A DNA stretch of 64,000 nt from Hyphomicrobiales bacterium (GTDB taxonomy: Bacteria > Pseudomonadota > Alphaproteobacteria > Rhizobiales > JAJFHR01). Positions 17,567 through 27,991 of the stretch are shown piece by piece (positions within the stretch are counted from its first letter, which is position 1; each line of letters begins with the position of its first letter). Made by a program: the position numbers and the translations under genes. Location: the NCBI GenBank assembly GCA_021775475.1, contig JAJFHS010000053.1, positions 44,271 to 108,270 on the forward strand. Direction: 5' to 3'. The notes under the pieces were generated by a model. It did no database searches. It was not told the DNA's origin and saw nothing but the letters and a program-made list of their open reading frames with translations.

Positions 17567-18667
17567 TCAGTTGGCAATCTCGCCGATAGACACAGTGGTG
17601 CGCAATTCCGGACTGTTGGGGCCAAGCAGGACGGGTTGTTTTATATCGGCCAGAACTGCCACATCATAAAGCTCCGAGACCACACCATCCATTGTCAGTG
17701 AATGAATGACATCGCCGCTTTTCAAATCGACAATATAGAGCCCGCACCGTGGCTCCATCTTGCGCGTTGTCAATGCATCATCCAGAGCCAGACCGGAAAA
17801 TGTCTTGTTGTCGCGTGGCTTGGACAGGCCCATAACGGCAAAGCCATCAACAAAACTTAAGCCCCGAAGATAGCCTGGACAAAAGCATAACCCTTCAAAT
17901 TTTCCGCTTGTTAAATCCACATAGCCAAATTCACCCGTGCCGGAATTATGCAGCCACAGCCGGTCATCGTGCCAGCGTGGCGAATGCGGCATGCTCAACC
18001 CTTCACAAACGATGTCATTGGTGCGCACGTCGATGACAATGCCACCGTTAAGACGTTGATCGCGCCAACCGTCAAACGTATCACTGTTTGAGACCGCTGT
18101 AACATAACCCGGCTTGCCATCCACCAGAGCCAGCCCGTTGAGATGGCAACGATCTTCTGCCGCCAGTCGAGAAATAAAATCAGGCCGCCACAGCGGGATG
18201 AAGCTATGGGTAACGCTTAACGTGCCCAGACAGTTAAACAGTGTATTGACGAAAGTTGGTTGACCACTGTCAGGAACGGCTATGTCGTGAATATCCAGAT
18301 CCCCGGTAAAATACGAAACTTGAGGTACATAAACCGCATCATAGCCTTCTTTGGTCTTCTGATTTTCCGGTAACGCGTTTTCATAGCGGTGAACCTGCAC
18401 ATCGCTTGTTACCCATAGACCGTTGTCAGAAGCAGCCATGCCCAGACAGCGGCCTACATTGCGGTTAAAAACCCATAATTTACCATCCGGTTTGGATCCG
18501 ATGAAAAACAGCTTGCCAACCTGATAGGTGGTAAAAGCCAGGGAAATATTACGCTGTGCCAGCCATTGGGTAAGCCCGCGCGACGTATCCAGAGAAAACA
18601 CCGGATCCCCCTGATCGCCAGTGGCTGCATCATTGGTTTCGATGATTGGTTCGGGCGCATTTTCCAT
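17567..18667 (-). CDS. Conserved hypothetical beta-propeller-like protein (possibly TIGR03032/DUF4915 family)
   Basis: 366-aa ORF with repeated beta-strand-rich segments. The N-terminal LAFTTYQVGKLFFIG segment matches my memory of the TIGR03032 family, but the family call is unverified. Confidence 0.5.
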   Translation of the reverse strand: MENAPEPIIETNDAATGDQGDPVFSLDTSRGLTQWLAQRNISLAFTTYQVGKLFFIGSKPDGKLWVFNRNVGRCLGMAASDNGLWVTSDVQVHRYENALPENQKTKEGYDAVYVPQVSYFTGDLDIHDIAVPDSGQPTFVNTLFNCLGTLSVTHSFIPLWRPDFISRLAAEDRCHLNGLALVDGKPGYVTAVSNSDTFDGWRDQRLNGGIVIDVRTNDIVCEGLSMPHSPRWHDDRLWLHNSGTGEFGYVDLTSGKFEGLCFCPGYLRGLSFVDGFAVMGLSKPRDNKTFSGLALDDALTTRKMEPRCGLYIVDLKSGDVIHSLTMDGVVSELYDVAVLADIKQPVLLGPNSPELRTTVSIGEIAN

Positions 18668-18716
18668 GAATAGAGGTCTCCTTGATCATTACATTTTGAG
18701 CTTGAGACCCACTGAG

Positions 18717-18744
18717 GTGACAAGGCAGCAGTGATGCTTATAAT
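18717..18744 (+). promoter_or_regulatory. Sigma70-like promoter candidate (GTGACA-N16-TATAAT) implying a ~230-nt leader for the EF-G-like gene
   Basis: Perfect TATAAT at 18739-18744 and a near-consensus -35 at 18717-18722. No ORF lies between it and 18979. Confidence 0.4.
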
Positions 18745-18978
18745 GCATCTCGTTCTATCTATTCAAGTTTACTTCTGCATTTCCGTCACAAGAGTTTTGC
18801 CCCCATGATTATGCCGGGGCGTAAAATTCAACTCGGAACCCTTTTTGTTTAAATAAAGCATCAAATAATTATCATGGGCCTTGCCTTCTGGCCTGAGCCG
18901 TGGAACCATACAATTCTATCGACAGCCCCGGATTGAGGGGACGGTGACCTCTCATCTATAAACCGTTGGGAGGAAGTT

Positions 18979-21027
18979 ATGGGTAACGAAGGCGCTAGAC
19001 CAAGCGGCCCTCGGTGCATCGCACTAATTGGGCCATATTTAAGCGGAAAAACCACACTTTTAGAATCAATTTTAGCTCGTACAGGCGCTGTTAATCGCCA
19101 GGGCAAGGTCTCTGATGGCAATACCATTGGGGACGCATCGCCCGAAGCGCGCGCCCACGGCATGAGCGTCGAGCTCAATGTAGCCTCGATAGATTACCAC
19201 GGTGAACAATACACATTTATTGATTGTCCCGGTTCAATTGAATTCCTGCAGGAGCAAATTCCCGCCCTGCCCGCCGTTGACGCAGCCATTGTGGTGTGCG
19301 AGCCCGATGACAAGAAAATACCGGCATTACAACTGATTTTAAAACAGCTTGATGAGTTAGGAATTCCGCGCATTTTATTCCTCAACAAAATAGATAAAAC
19401 CGAGATACGAGTGCGCGACATCCTCGGCACCCTGCAACCGGCAAGTGAAAAACCGCTGGTGTTGCGCCAGATACCAATCTGGGAAGACAATGTTGTTACC
19501 GGCTGTGTTGATCTCGCGCTGGAGCGCGCTTTTATCTATCGTAAACATGCCCAAAGTGAAGTGATTGACCTGCCCGACGGCGTTTTGGACCGTAAGGGAG
19601 AAGCGCGATATTCCATGCTCGAACAACTGGCGGACTATGATGATGAGTTGATGGAAGTGCTGCTCGAAGACATTGAGCCAGCCCAGGATCAGGTATTTGG
19701 TGATCTCGCCCAGGAGCTGCGCAACGGACAGATTTGCCCGGTCCTGTTGGGTTCAGCTGAAAACGGCAATGGTATTCGCCGCCTGCTCAAGGCCATTCGC
19801 CATGAAGTGCCAACGGTGGAGGAGACCGCCGAACGCTTGAGCCTGAGTAATAGTGAGTGTGTGGCACAGATTCTCAAAACCTATCACACCACCCATGGTG
19901 GCAAACTATCCCTGGTGCGGGTTTTAACCGGTGAGTTGAAAGATGGCACGGTTCTCTATGACAGCGGTGGCAATAATGAGCGCATTTCCGGCGTTTTTAC
20001 TCTGCTGGGCCAAGAACCTTCCAAGGTATCGCGTGCTGTCGCTGGAGATACGGTGGCTTTAGGGCGTATGGAGAGTTTTCAAACCGGTGAAACCCTAACC
20101 AGCATCAAGTGTGAATGTGAACAAGTTGCACCACTTGAAAGCCTGACGCCTGTCTATGGTTTGGCCATCAGTGCCGTGGAGCGCAATGATGAAGTAAAAC
20201 TCACCGGTGCCATTGCTAAAATTATCGAGGAAGACCCGTCCATCCAGCTGGTCCACAGCCCCGACACCAATGAAATGGTAATCTGGGGTCAGGGCGAGAT
20301 GCACCTGCGCGTAACGCTGGAGCGTCTGGAAGGAAAATACGGTATCGCTGCAAAAACACGTCGGCGTAAAATTCCTTATAAAGAAACCATTCGCAAATCC
20401 ATCACAATTCGGGGTCGCCACAAAAAACAAAGCGGCGGACACGGGCAATTTGGTGATGTGGAAGTGGAGATCAAACCACTGCCACGCGGCTCCGGCTTTG
20501 ATTTCAGTCAGGCGATTACCGGGGGCGTCGTGCCAAAGCAATATATTCCCGCCGTTGAAAACGGCATCAAGGAATATCTGGCGCAAGGGCCGCTGGGTTT
20601 CCCGGTTGTTGATCTCTCCGCCAAGCTGATCGATGGCTCCTACCATGCGGTAGATTCGTCCGAACAGGCATTTAAGACCGCGGGCAGAATAGCCATGGCC
20701 GAAGGACTGCCAAAATGTTCTCCGGTATTACTGGAGCCAGTCCTGTCAGTCTCGTTTAATGTTCCCAATGATGCAACGGCGAAAATAAACGCAATTATTT
20801 CCAGCCGTCGCGGCCAGATTTTAGGCTTCGATGCCAGACCCGGATGGCCGGGATGGGATGTGGTCAATGCACATTTACCGGAAACCGAAATCCAGAACAT
20901 AATTGTCGAGGTGCGCTCAGCCACCGCCGGCGTCGGCACATTTACCTATGAGTTCGATCATTTATCCGAGCTGACCGGAAAACTTGCCGAACAGGTTTTG
21001 TCGGAAAGCAAAGCCGAGGCGGCCTGA
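18979..21027 (+). CDS. Elongation factor G paralog (five-domain translational GTPase) lacking the catalytic His
   Basis: G1 is GPYLSGKTT, G3 is DCPGSIEF (canonical DTPGHVDF) and G4 is NKID. EF-G domain II-V similarity runs through the C-terminus. GGGAGGAAG RBS. Confidence 0.85.
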   Translation: MGNEGARPSGPRCIALIGPYLSGKTTLLESILARTGAVNRQGKVSDGNTIGDASPEARAHGMSVELNVASIDYHGEQYTFIDCPGSIEFLQEQIPALPAVDAAIVVCEPDDKKIPALQLILKQLDELGIPRILFLNKIDKTEIRVRDILGTLQPASEKPLVLRQIPIWEDNVVTGCVDLALERAFIYRKHAQSEVIDLPDGVLDRKGEARYSMLEQLADYDDELMEVLLEDIEPAQDQVFGDLAQELRNGQICPVLLGSAENGNGIRRLLKAIRHEVPTVEETAERLSLSNSECVAQILKTYHTTHGGKLSLVRVLTGELKDGTVLYDSGGNNERISGVFTLLGQEPSKVSRAVAGDTVALGRMESFQTGETLTSIKCECEQVAPLESLTPVYGLAISAVERNDEVKLTGAIAKIIEEDPSIQLVHSPDTNEMVIWGQGEMHLRVTLERLEGKYGIAAKTRRRKIPYKETIRKSITIRGRHKKQSGGHGQFGDVEVEIKPLPRGSGFDFSQAITGGVVPKQYIPAVENGIKEYLAQGPLGFPVVDLSAKLIDGSYHAVDSSEQAFKTAGRIAMAEGLPKCSPVLLEPVLSVSFNVPNDATAKINAIISSRRGQILGFDARPGWPGWDVVNAHLPETEIQNIIVEVRSATAGVGTFTYEFDHLSELTGKLAEQVLSESKAEAA

Positions 21028-21045
21028 ATAACGTCCTTAAAAATG

Positions 21046-21077
21046 AACAACCTGCACTCATTAAAGTGCGGGTTGTT
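21046..21077 (+). terminator. Stem-loop after the EF-G paralog (AACAACCTGCAC...GTGCGGGTTGTT), weak T tail
   Basis: 12-bp stem with one mismatch, 18 nt after the stop. Only TTT follows it. Confidence 0.4.
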
Positions 21078-21194
21078 TGGTGCGTGAACGGTTCTTTCTC
21101 GCAAGGACGTGAATTGTAGTTATCTGGTAATGCCATTATATCAAAATAACCTAAATTCTGGGATAGACAATTTATTGAGCTATGGAGATCCGAC

Positions 21195-22163
21195 ATGTTA
21201 ATCAAACGTAACAAAGGCTGGGAGCTGCCGGAACATATGGCAACACCCGAAGACGTGTTCTTGAACCGCCGCACTTTTATGGCCGGAGCGGGAGCCACTG
21301 CTGCAGGTATTGGGCTGGGCATTGCGCCTTCTTCTGTATGGGCCGGGCAGGATGATGATCCAACCAAAGATCTCTATCCCGCCAAACGCAATGAAAAATA
21401 CAAAATCATCCGCCCGCTTACACCCGAAAAAGTCAACAGCACTTACAATAACTTCTATGAATTCGGCTCCCACAAGAGCATTTCCAAAGCTGCCCAGGCG
21501 CTACAGACCCGACCGTGGGAGATAACGATTGATGGTGAGGTTGAAACTCCGTTCAAGATTTCCATCGACGACCTCATCCGCAAAATGACCCTGGAAGAAC
21601 GGCTTTATCGCCTCAGATGCGTCGAAGCCTGGTCGATGACCATTCCCTGGACCGGATTTGCCATGCGCGATCTGGTTGATCTGGCCAAACCTCTATCGTC
21701 AGCAAAATATGTGCGTATGGAAACTTTCATGAACCCTGAAGTTGCCACCGGGCAAAAACAAGGCTGGTATCCATGGCCGTATGTGGAAGGCCTGACCATG
21801 GCCGAAGCCACCAATGAACTCACCATGATGGTCACCGGCGCCTATGGCAAACCCGCCGCCAAACAGTTTGGTGCCCCCTTGCGGCTGATTGTGCCGTGGA
21901 AATACGGCTTCAAGTCAATCAAATCCATTGTCAAATTCACCTTCACCTCAAAACGCCCCTTAGGCATGTGGGAGAACATTCAGGGCAGGGAATATGGCTT
22001 CTGGGCCAACGTCAACCCCAAGGTAAATCACCGCCGCTGGTCTCAGGCTTCAGAGCGGGTTTTGGGTGAAAACAAGCGTATCCCGACACAATTGTTCAAT
22101 GGTTACAGTGAACAGGTGGCAGATATGTACAAGGATATGGGCACCGAAAAGCTGTTCTACTGA
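21195..22163 (+). CDS. msrP: Protein-methionine-sulfoxide reductase catalytic subunit (molybdopterin, Tat-exported)
   Basis: Tat signal RRTFMAGAGATAAGIG and YedY/MsrP-like sequence throughout (YNNFYEFG, RLRCVEAWSM, PLRLIVPWKYGFKSIK). Confidence 0.9.
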   Translation: MLIKRNKGWELPEHMATPEDVFLNRRTFMAGAGATAAGIGLGIAPSSVWAGQDDDPTKDLYPAKRNEKYKIIRPLTPEKVNSTYNNFYEFGSHKSISKAAQALQTRPWEITIDGEVETPFKISIDDLIRKMTLEERLYRLRCVEAWSMTIPWTGFAMRDLVDLAKPLSSAKYVRMETFMNPEVATGQKQGWYPWPYVEGLTMAEATNELTMMVTGAYGKPAAKQFGAPLRLIVPWKYGFKSIKSIVKFTFTSKRPLGMWENIQGREYGFWANVNPKVNHRRWSQASERVLGENKRIPTQLFNGYSEQVADMYKDMGTEKLFY

Positions 22164-22315
22164 CATCAAGACACCCGGCGCATTGAATTATAAAAACTAA
22201 TCCATTGTACGGTAAAATTCGTTTGCACTCTAAAATCATGTGGCGATACATTCTTGGCAACACGCAAATTAAGCTATTGCGATTTCTGCCCGTTTGAATT
22301 TTTCCAGAGGTGCAT

Positions 22316-23149
22316 ATGAATATTTTAAAAATAGCCGCATTTAGCGACGGCAACACCGGTGGCAATCCCGCCGGTGTTGTGGTTGGGGCAGAATTACCCG
22401 ACACGACAACGATGCAGAAGATTGCCGCTGATGTCGGGTTTTCTGAAACGGTGTTTGCGGCACCGGCTGACAACGACGGACAATGGATAGTGCGCTATTT
22501 CTCGCCTGAGACAGAAGTACCATTTTGCGGCCACGCGACAATTGCACTGGGCGCTGCATTGGCACTCCAGGATGGCGATGGTGTCTATAGTCTGAGCCTT
22601 TCCGAGGCAGACATCTCAGTTGAGGGCAAGCGTAACGGTGAATTTATTTCAGCGGCGTTACAATCACCACCAACCAGCAGCGCCAAAGCTGATGATACGG
22701 TGGTTCAGGCCGCTCTTGATTTGTTCGGGTACAATAATGACGACCTCAATCGCGAGATCCCGCCTGCTATCATTAACGCTGGTGCAAATCATCTAATTCT
22801 TGTCCTAAAGGATCGCGCGCGCCTGTCGCAAATGACTTACGATCTCAATGACGGTCGCACTCTTATGAAGAAATACGGGTTGGTGACTATCTCGCTGGTC
22901 ACAGCCCAAACAGACCAACTCTTTCATGCCCGCAACCCTTTTGCCTCTGGCGGCGTGCTTGAAGATCCCGCTACCGGTGCCGCAGCCGCTGCACTGGCGG
23001 GGTATTTGCGCGATCTTGGCTGGCCGCATCAAGGTGTTATAGATATCGTTCAAGGCGAGGACATGGGCCAGAAATCGCTGTTGCGTGCTGAAATACCAAC
23101 CCAGACCGGGTCATCCATCCGAGTTTCGGGAACGGCCAGAGTTATGTGA
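22316..23149 (+). CDS. PhzF family phenazine-biosynthesis-like isomerase/epimerase
   Basis: PhzF-family motifs (AFSDGNTGGNPAGVV, ETVF, FCGHATIA). AGAGG lies 5 nt before ATG 22316, while the ORF-track start at 22310 is a GTG. Confidence 0.85.
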   Translation: MNILKIAAFSDGNTGGNPAGVVVGAELPDTTTMQKIAADVGFSETVFAAPADNDGQWIVRYFSPETEVPFCGHATIALGAALALQDGDGVYSLSLSEADISVEGKRNGEFISAALQSPPTSSAKADDTVVQAALDLFGYNNDDLNREIPPAIINAGANHLILVLKDRARLSQMTYDLNDGRTLMKKYGLVTISLVTAQTDQLFHARNPFASGGVLEDPATGAAAAALAGYLRDLGWPHQGVIDIVQGEDMGQKSLLRAEIPTQTGSSIRVSGTARVM

Positions 23150-23180
23150 TAGCACCTTCGTTTTTTATTGAGAATTCCAT

Positions 23181-23220
23181 AAAAAAACCGGGTGGCTGTT
23201 GGGCAGCGCACCCGGTTTTT
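23181..23220. terminator. Bidirectional Rho-independent terminator (A7-ACCGGGTG...CACCCGGT-T5)
   Basis: 8-bp GC-rich stem flanked by an A-run and a T-run. It serves phzF (+) and sRNA candidate A (-). Confidence 0.75.
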
Positions 23221-23349
23221 CCTATAAGAGCGCCTGTTGCCAAGCGCCGCAGACCGACCAGCTGGGAGGGAGGGCGGGTCTACTTACGAAACGCGTCTTA
23301 GGGGGAGGAAGAGAGGCGTTTCGTCTAACTTACGATCTTTGATCGCGTT
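23181..23349 (-). ncRNA. sRNA candidate A: hairpins with C/U-rich loops (CCCUCCCUCCC; CUUCCUCCCCC) plus a terminator; ar14/'cuckoo'/CcsR-like architecture
   Basis: On the minus strand, stems ACGAAACGC/GCGTTTCGT and CAGACC/GGTCTA enclose C-rich loops, followed by a GCGC stem and a terminator with U-tail. It is about 80% identical to copy B, 256 bp away. The 5' end is approximate. Confidence 0.6.
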
Positions 23350-23438
23350 AATATATATTTAGGTATGCCAATCGAATATTTAAAGATGATGATTTGCATA
23401 GCTGCTATGCGCCAAACGCATAAGTAATGTTCGCAAAG

Positions 23439-23606
23439 AAAAAACCGGGCTCGCTTTTTCAGCGCGCCCGGTTCTTCCAATAAGTGCGCCTGTTGCCAGG
23501 CGCCGCAGACCGACCAGCTGGGAGGGAGGGCGGGTCTGCTCAACAAAACGCTTCTTTAGGGGGAGGGAGGAGAAGCGTTTCGTCTAACTCTCGATCAATG
23601 ATCGCG
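23439..23606 (-). ncRNA. sRNA candidate B: tandem paralog of A, with loops CCUCCCUCCCCC and CCCUCCCUCCC
   Basis: Perfect stems AAACGCTTCT/AGAAGCGTTT and GCAGACC/GGTCTGC, a GCGCC/GGCGC stem, and a terminator ACCGGGC...GCCCGGT followed by U6CU3 on the minus strand. A stem difference relative to copy A keeps the pairing. It lies just downstream of lysR on the same strand. Confidence 0.6.
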
Positions 23607-23717
23607 TTGGCCTATATGTGCCTATTTCATCGCAGATGCGCAAGCGCCTATTGAACATATGAGCTATGCGTTTTGCGCATACCGACAAGTCATTGTTTTT
23701 AATCACCAAAACCGGAT

Positions 23718-24614
23718 TTAGAAAGACCATTGCCGGGCTTTACCAAGTAGAAAATCGCGAAAAACGATCATCCTGGCTGAATTGCGTATTTCCTCGGCAT
23801 AGACAAAATAAGTATCGAAACTTGGCGTTTCTACATCCGTCAATATTCTCACCAGTCCGGCTTTTGCCTCGTCGCGTACGATATAGTCAGGCAATGCAGC
23901 AATACCAATACCATTTTGGGCAGCTCGCTTGATGCCATCAACACTGTTGATGCTTAAAATGGGCTCCCGCGGTTTGCCACCCTTGCGGCCATGGTTTTCC
24001 AGCCAGTTGATGTGTTTGAGATACGGCGGCGTCATAACGCCAAAGGAAACGAAGCGGTGATCGTCAAGCTCTTCGATCGTTACAGGAGCACCGTGTTCTG
24101 AGATGTAGCCGGGTGAGGCGTAAATGTGAAAATGCACCGTGAACAGTTTGCGCTGAATAAGCTCGGCCTGCACCGGTTTACGCAACCGTATCGCCACGTC
24201 AGCTTCACGCATACCAAGATCGAGTTCCGCGTCCTGCAACATCAACTGAACGTTGATATCGGGATAAAGTTCAATAAACTCGCTCAATCGCGGCGTCAGC
24301 CAGTTTGAGCCAAGGCCGACGGTGGTGGTAACGCGTAAGATACCGGAAGGTTTTTCCTTGGAATCGCGCAACATGGTTTTTGCTGCTTCCAGCTGGGTAA
24401 ACACCTCGTGCGCGGTACGAAACAGCAATTCTCCCTGTTCGGTCAATATCAATCCGCGCGCATGGCGATGAAACAGCGGCACTTTAAGGTCTTTTTCCAA
24501 AGACGATACCTGGCGCGAAACCGCTGACTGGCTTAGGCCAATGATTTCGCCAGCGCGGGTGAAACTACCAGCTTCAGCAACCGACCGAAATATTTTGAGT
24601 TTTTCCCAGTCCAT
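23718..24614 (-). CDS. LysR family transcriptional regulator
   Basis: N-terminal LysR HTH (FTRAGEIIGLSQSAVSRQVSSLE) plus a substrate-binding domain. It starts 1 nt after the trxB stop. Confidence 0.9.
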   Translation of the reverse strand: MDWEKLKIFRSVAEAGSFTRAGEIIGLSQSAVSRQVSSLEKDLKVPLFHRHARGLILTEQGELLFRTAHEVFTQLEAAKTMLRDSKEKPSGILRVTTTVGLGSNWLTPRLSEFIELYPDINVQLMLQDAELDLGMREADVAIRLRKPVQAELIQRKLFTVHFHIYASPGYISEHGAPVTIEELDDHRFVSFGVMTPPYLKHINWLENHGRKGGKPREPILSINSVDGIKRAAQNGIGIAALPDYIVRDEAKAGLVRILTDVETPSFDTYFVYAEEIRNSARMIVFRDFLLGKARQWSF

Positions 24615-24615
24615 A

Positions 24616-26197
<1,582 letters not shown>

Positions 26198-26209
26198 GAT
26201 CAGACTTCC

Positions 26210-27238
26210 TTATTTGGTTGTGGCTTGTTGCCGGTGCCAGCGGGTGGCAATTTCGCGAGCAATTTCCATTGTTGCATCCATCGGTTCATAGTCCCAGGTT
26301 TCAATGACACCCTCGAAATTTCTTGTAATACCTTTGTTGCGCAATTGTTCGTGGAAATGATTAAATTTCTTCGATCCCGCACCGGGATGAAAAACATAGA
26401 CCGGTTTTCCCGTGGCAATCGCCTCGCCGGTCATATTAACTGAATCTGCGGTGACAATGAGACCATCGCAAAGAGCTAGATAATCAAAATACGGATTTTC
26501 GCCCGACCCGTCCCATATTTGATGTGGCGCATGTTTAATCGCTTCACGAATGACCTCAATAATCCTCTCATCCGTCCGCCGCGACGGCGTGACCAGAAAA
26601 CTGACACCACTTTGTGCAGCTTTTGAAAGATATTGGGCAAATTTTGCGCAAACCTCAGCATTGAAACTATAGACTGAATTTTTGCCTCCGACAGAAATGG
26701 CAATGCACGGTCTGGTCATCGCACTCATGTCAATTTTTCCCGATTTCCGCGCCTGGTTCAAGCGGTGTTCGGTGATGCGATGGGGCGCAAGCAGGGTGGA
26801 AATCAAATTATCACCGCTTAATTTGTTGAGATCATGATCTGATATCCAGATGAGGTTGGCGGTTTTATTTCCAGATCCCGGGTTTTGCAGAAATACAGTG
26901 AGAGTATTCCTGTTGCCGTATTTTGTTAAGGCGCGAATGTAAGGCACCGCCTGTCGGCTGGAGCCGATAATTATTTCCGGCAATGGTCCGGCAAACTGTC
27001 CCGTCGTCCCACCAATGCGGGTGTTGGGGGGGGTGGGACCCCATGGTGACAGATATCGCCACGGGATTGAGGGTGTTACGGTTTTATATTCAATATCGAG
27101 GCCCAAAGCCTCCATAATCCCTTCGCACTGAATGACATGTCCGGCTGCACCGTTGGTTACAATCCATCCTCTTTTGCCACGCAAAAGAGGATCGCAGTTT
27201 TCAGTGCTGGCCGTGGTGTGCTGGGAGTCCGAAAACAT
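26210..27238 (-). CDS. ELM1/DUF1022 family putative glycosyltransferase
   Basis: 342 aa. The N-terminal TNGAAGHVIQCEGIMEALGL resembles the 'mitochondrial fission ELM1' family signature as I recall it. Unverified. Confidence 0.5.
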   Translation of the reverse strand: MFSDSQHTTASTENCDPLLRGKRGWIVTNGAAGHVIQCEGIMEALGLDIEYKTVTPSIPWRYLSPWGPTPPNTRIGGTTGQFAGPLPEIIIGSSRQAVPYIRALTKYGNRNTLTVFLQNPGSGNKTANLIWISDHDLNKLSGDNLISTLLAPHRITEHRLNQARKSGKIDMSAMTRPCIAISVGGKNSVYSFNAEVCAKFAQYLSKAAQSGVSFLVTPSRRTDERIIEVIREAIKHAPHQIWDGSGENPYFDYLALCDGLIVTADSVNMTGEAIATGKPVYVFHPGAGSKKFNHFHEQLRNKGITRNFEGVIETWDYEPMDATMEIAREIATRWHRQQATTK

Positions 27239-27318
27239 ATACTTATGTGTCTACTTGTGTAAAACAGGCGCTATGGGTACCATATGATTAATCCATACCA
27301 CAAGAGGATGCGACATAT

Positions 27319-27804
27319 ATGATCAAGGTAAAGCTTGATGACATTGACTGGCTGATACTGGCTGAACTGCAAAGCAATGGTCGCATGACCAATGTGGAAC
27401 TGGCCATTCGCGTCGGCGTATCACCGCCACCGTGTTTAAGACGCGTGCGGGCTTTGGAAGAAGCCGGTATGATCACCGGCTACCGCGCCACCCTGGATGC
27501 CGCCATGCTAGGGTTTGACGTTACCGCCTTTGCCATGGTCGGCCTGCACTCTCAGGCCGAAACCGATCTGCTGGCCTTTGAAGAAAAAGTGCGTGCATGG
27601 CCGATTGTAAGAGAATGCCATATGCTGTCAGGCGAAGTTGATTTTATTTTGAAATGCGTCGCGCGGGATTTGCAATCATTTCAGGACTTTATCATCCATG
27701 ACCTAACCGCCACACCCAATGTGGATGTCATCAAAACCTCGCTGACAATCCGCCAGTCCAAATACGAACCCGGCGCCCCCTTCACGGATGCAACACCACT
27801 CTAA
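27319..27804 (+). CDS. Lrp/AsnC family transcriptional regulator
   Basis: DDIDWLILAELQSNGRMTNVELAIRVGVSPPPCLRRVRALEEAGMI HTH plus a RAM domain. Confidence 0.9.
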   Translation: MIKVKLDDIDWLILAELQSNGRMTNVELAIRVGVSPPPCLRRVRALEEAGMITGYRATLDAAMLGFDVTAFAMVGLHSQAETDLLAFEEKVRAWPIVRECHMLSGEVDFILKCVARDLQSFQDFIIHDLTATPNVDVIKTSLTIRQSKYEPGAPFTDATPL

Positions 27805-27852
27805 GAAATCGCACTATCGGGAAATGCCCATGGCGATGAGGTGAACTTTGAT

Positions 27853-27950
27853 CCACCATCCCGTCTTACCGGCGAAAGCCGGTATCCAGAGGCGGCAGGG
27901 TATGAATTTGTGGCGCTGGATACCGGCTTTCGCCGGTAAGACGGATGTGG
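27853..27950. repeat. Second intergenic repeat type: ~33-bp inverted arms CATCCCGTCTTACCGGCGAAAGCCGGTATCCAG / CTGGATACCGGCTTTCGCCGGTAAGACGGATG
   Basis: Near-perfect inverted repeat around a 26-nt spacer. Each arm contains an ACCGGC-GAAA-GCCGGT hairpin. It lies between the convergent 3' ends of lrp and the 27992 gene. Confidence 0.7.
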
Positions 27951-27991
27951 CTCAAGGCCGGGACCAGTTGGATTTTCTTAGAGTTGTGTAT

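Noticed and set aside
23264-23278. Perfect G-quadruplex motif GGGAGGGAGGGCGGG on the plus strand (second copy at 23520-23534).
   Set aside because: It is probably just the complement of the C-rich sRNA loop. The terminator polarity and U-tails favour a minus-strand RNA. A DNA G4 role cannot be excluded but is not needed.
23325-23546. 73-aa minus-strand ORF spanning the tandem repeat region.
   Set aside because: It runs through hairpins and terminators of the two sRNA-like units and has no RBS. The repeat structure explains the region better than coding does.
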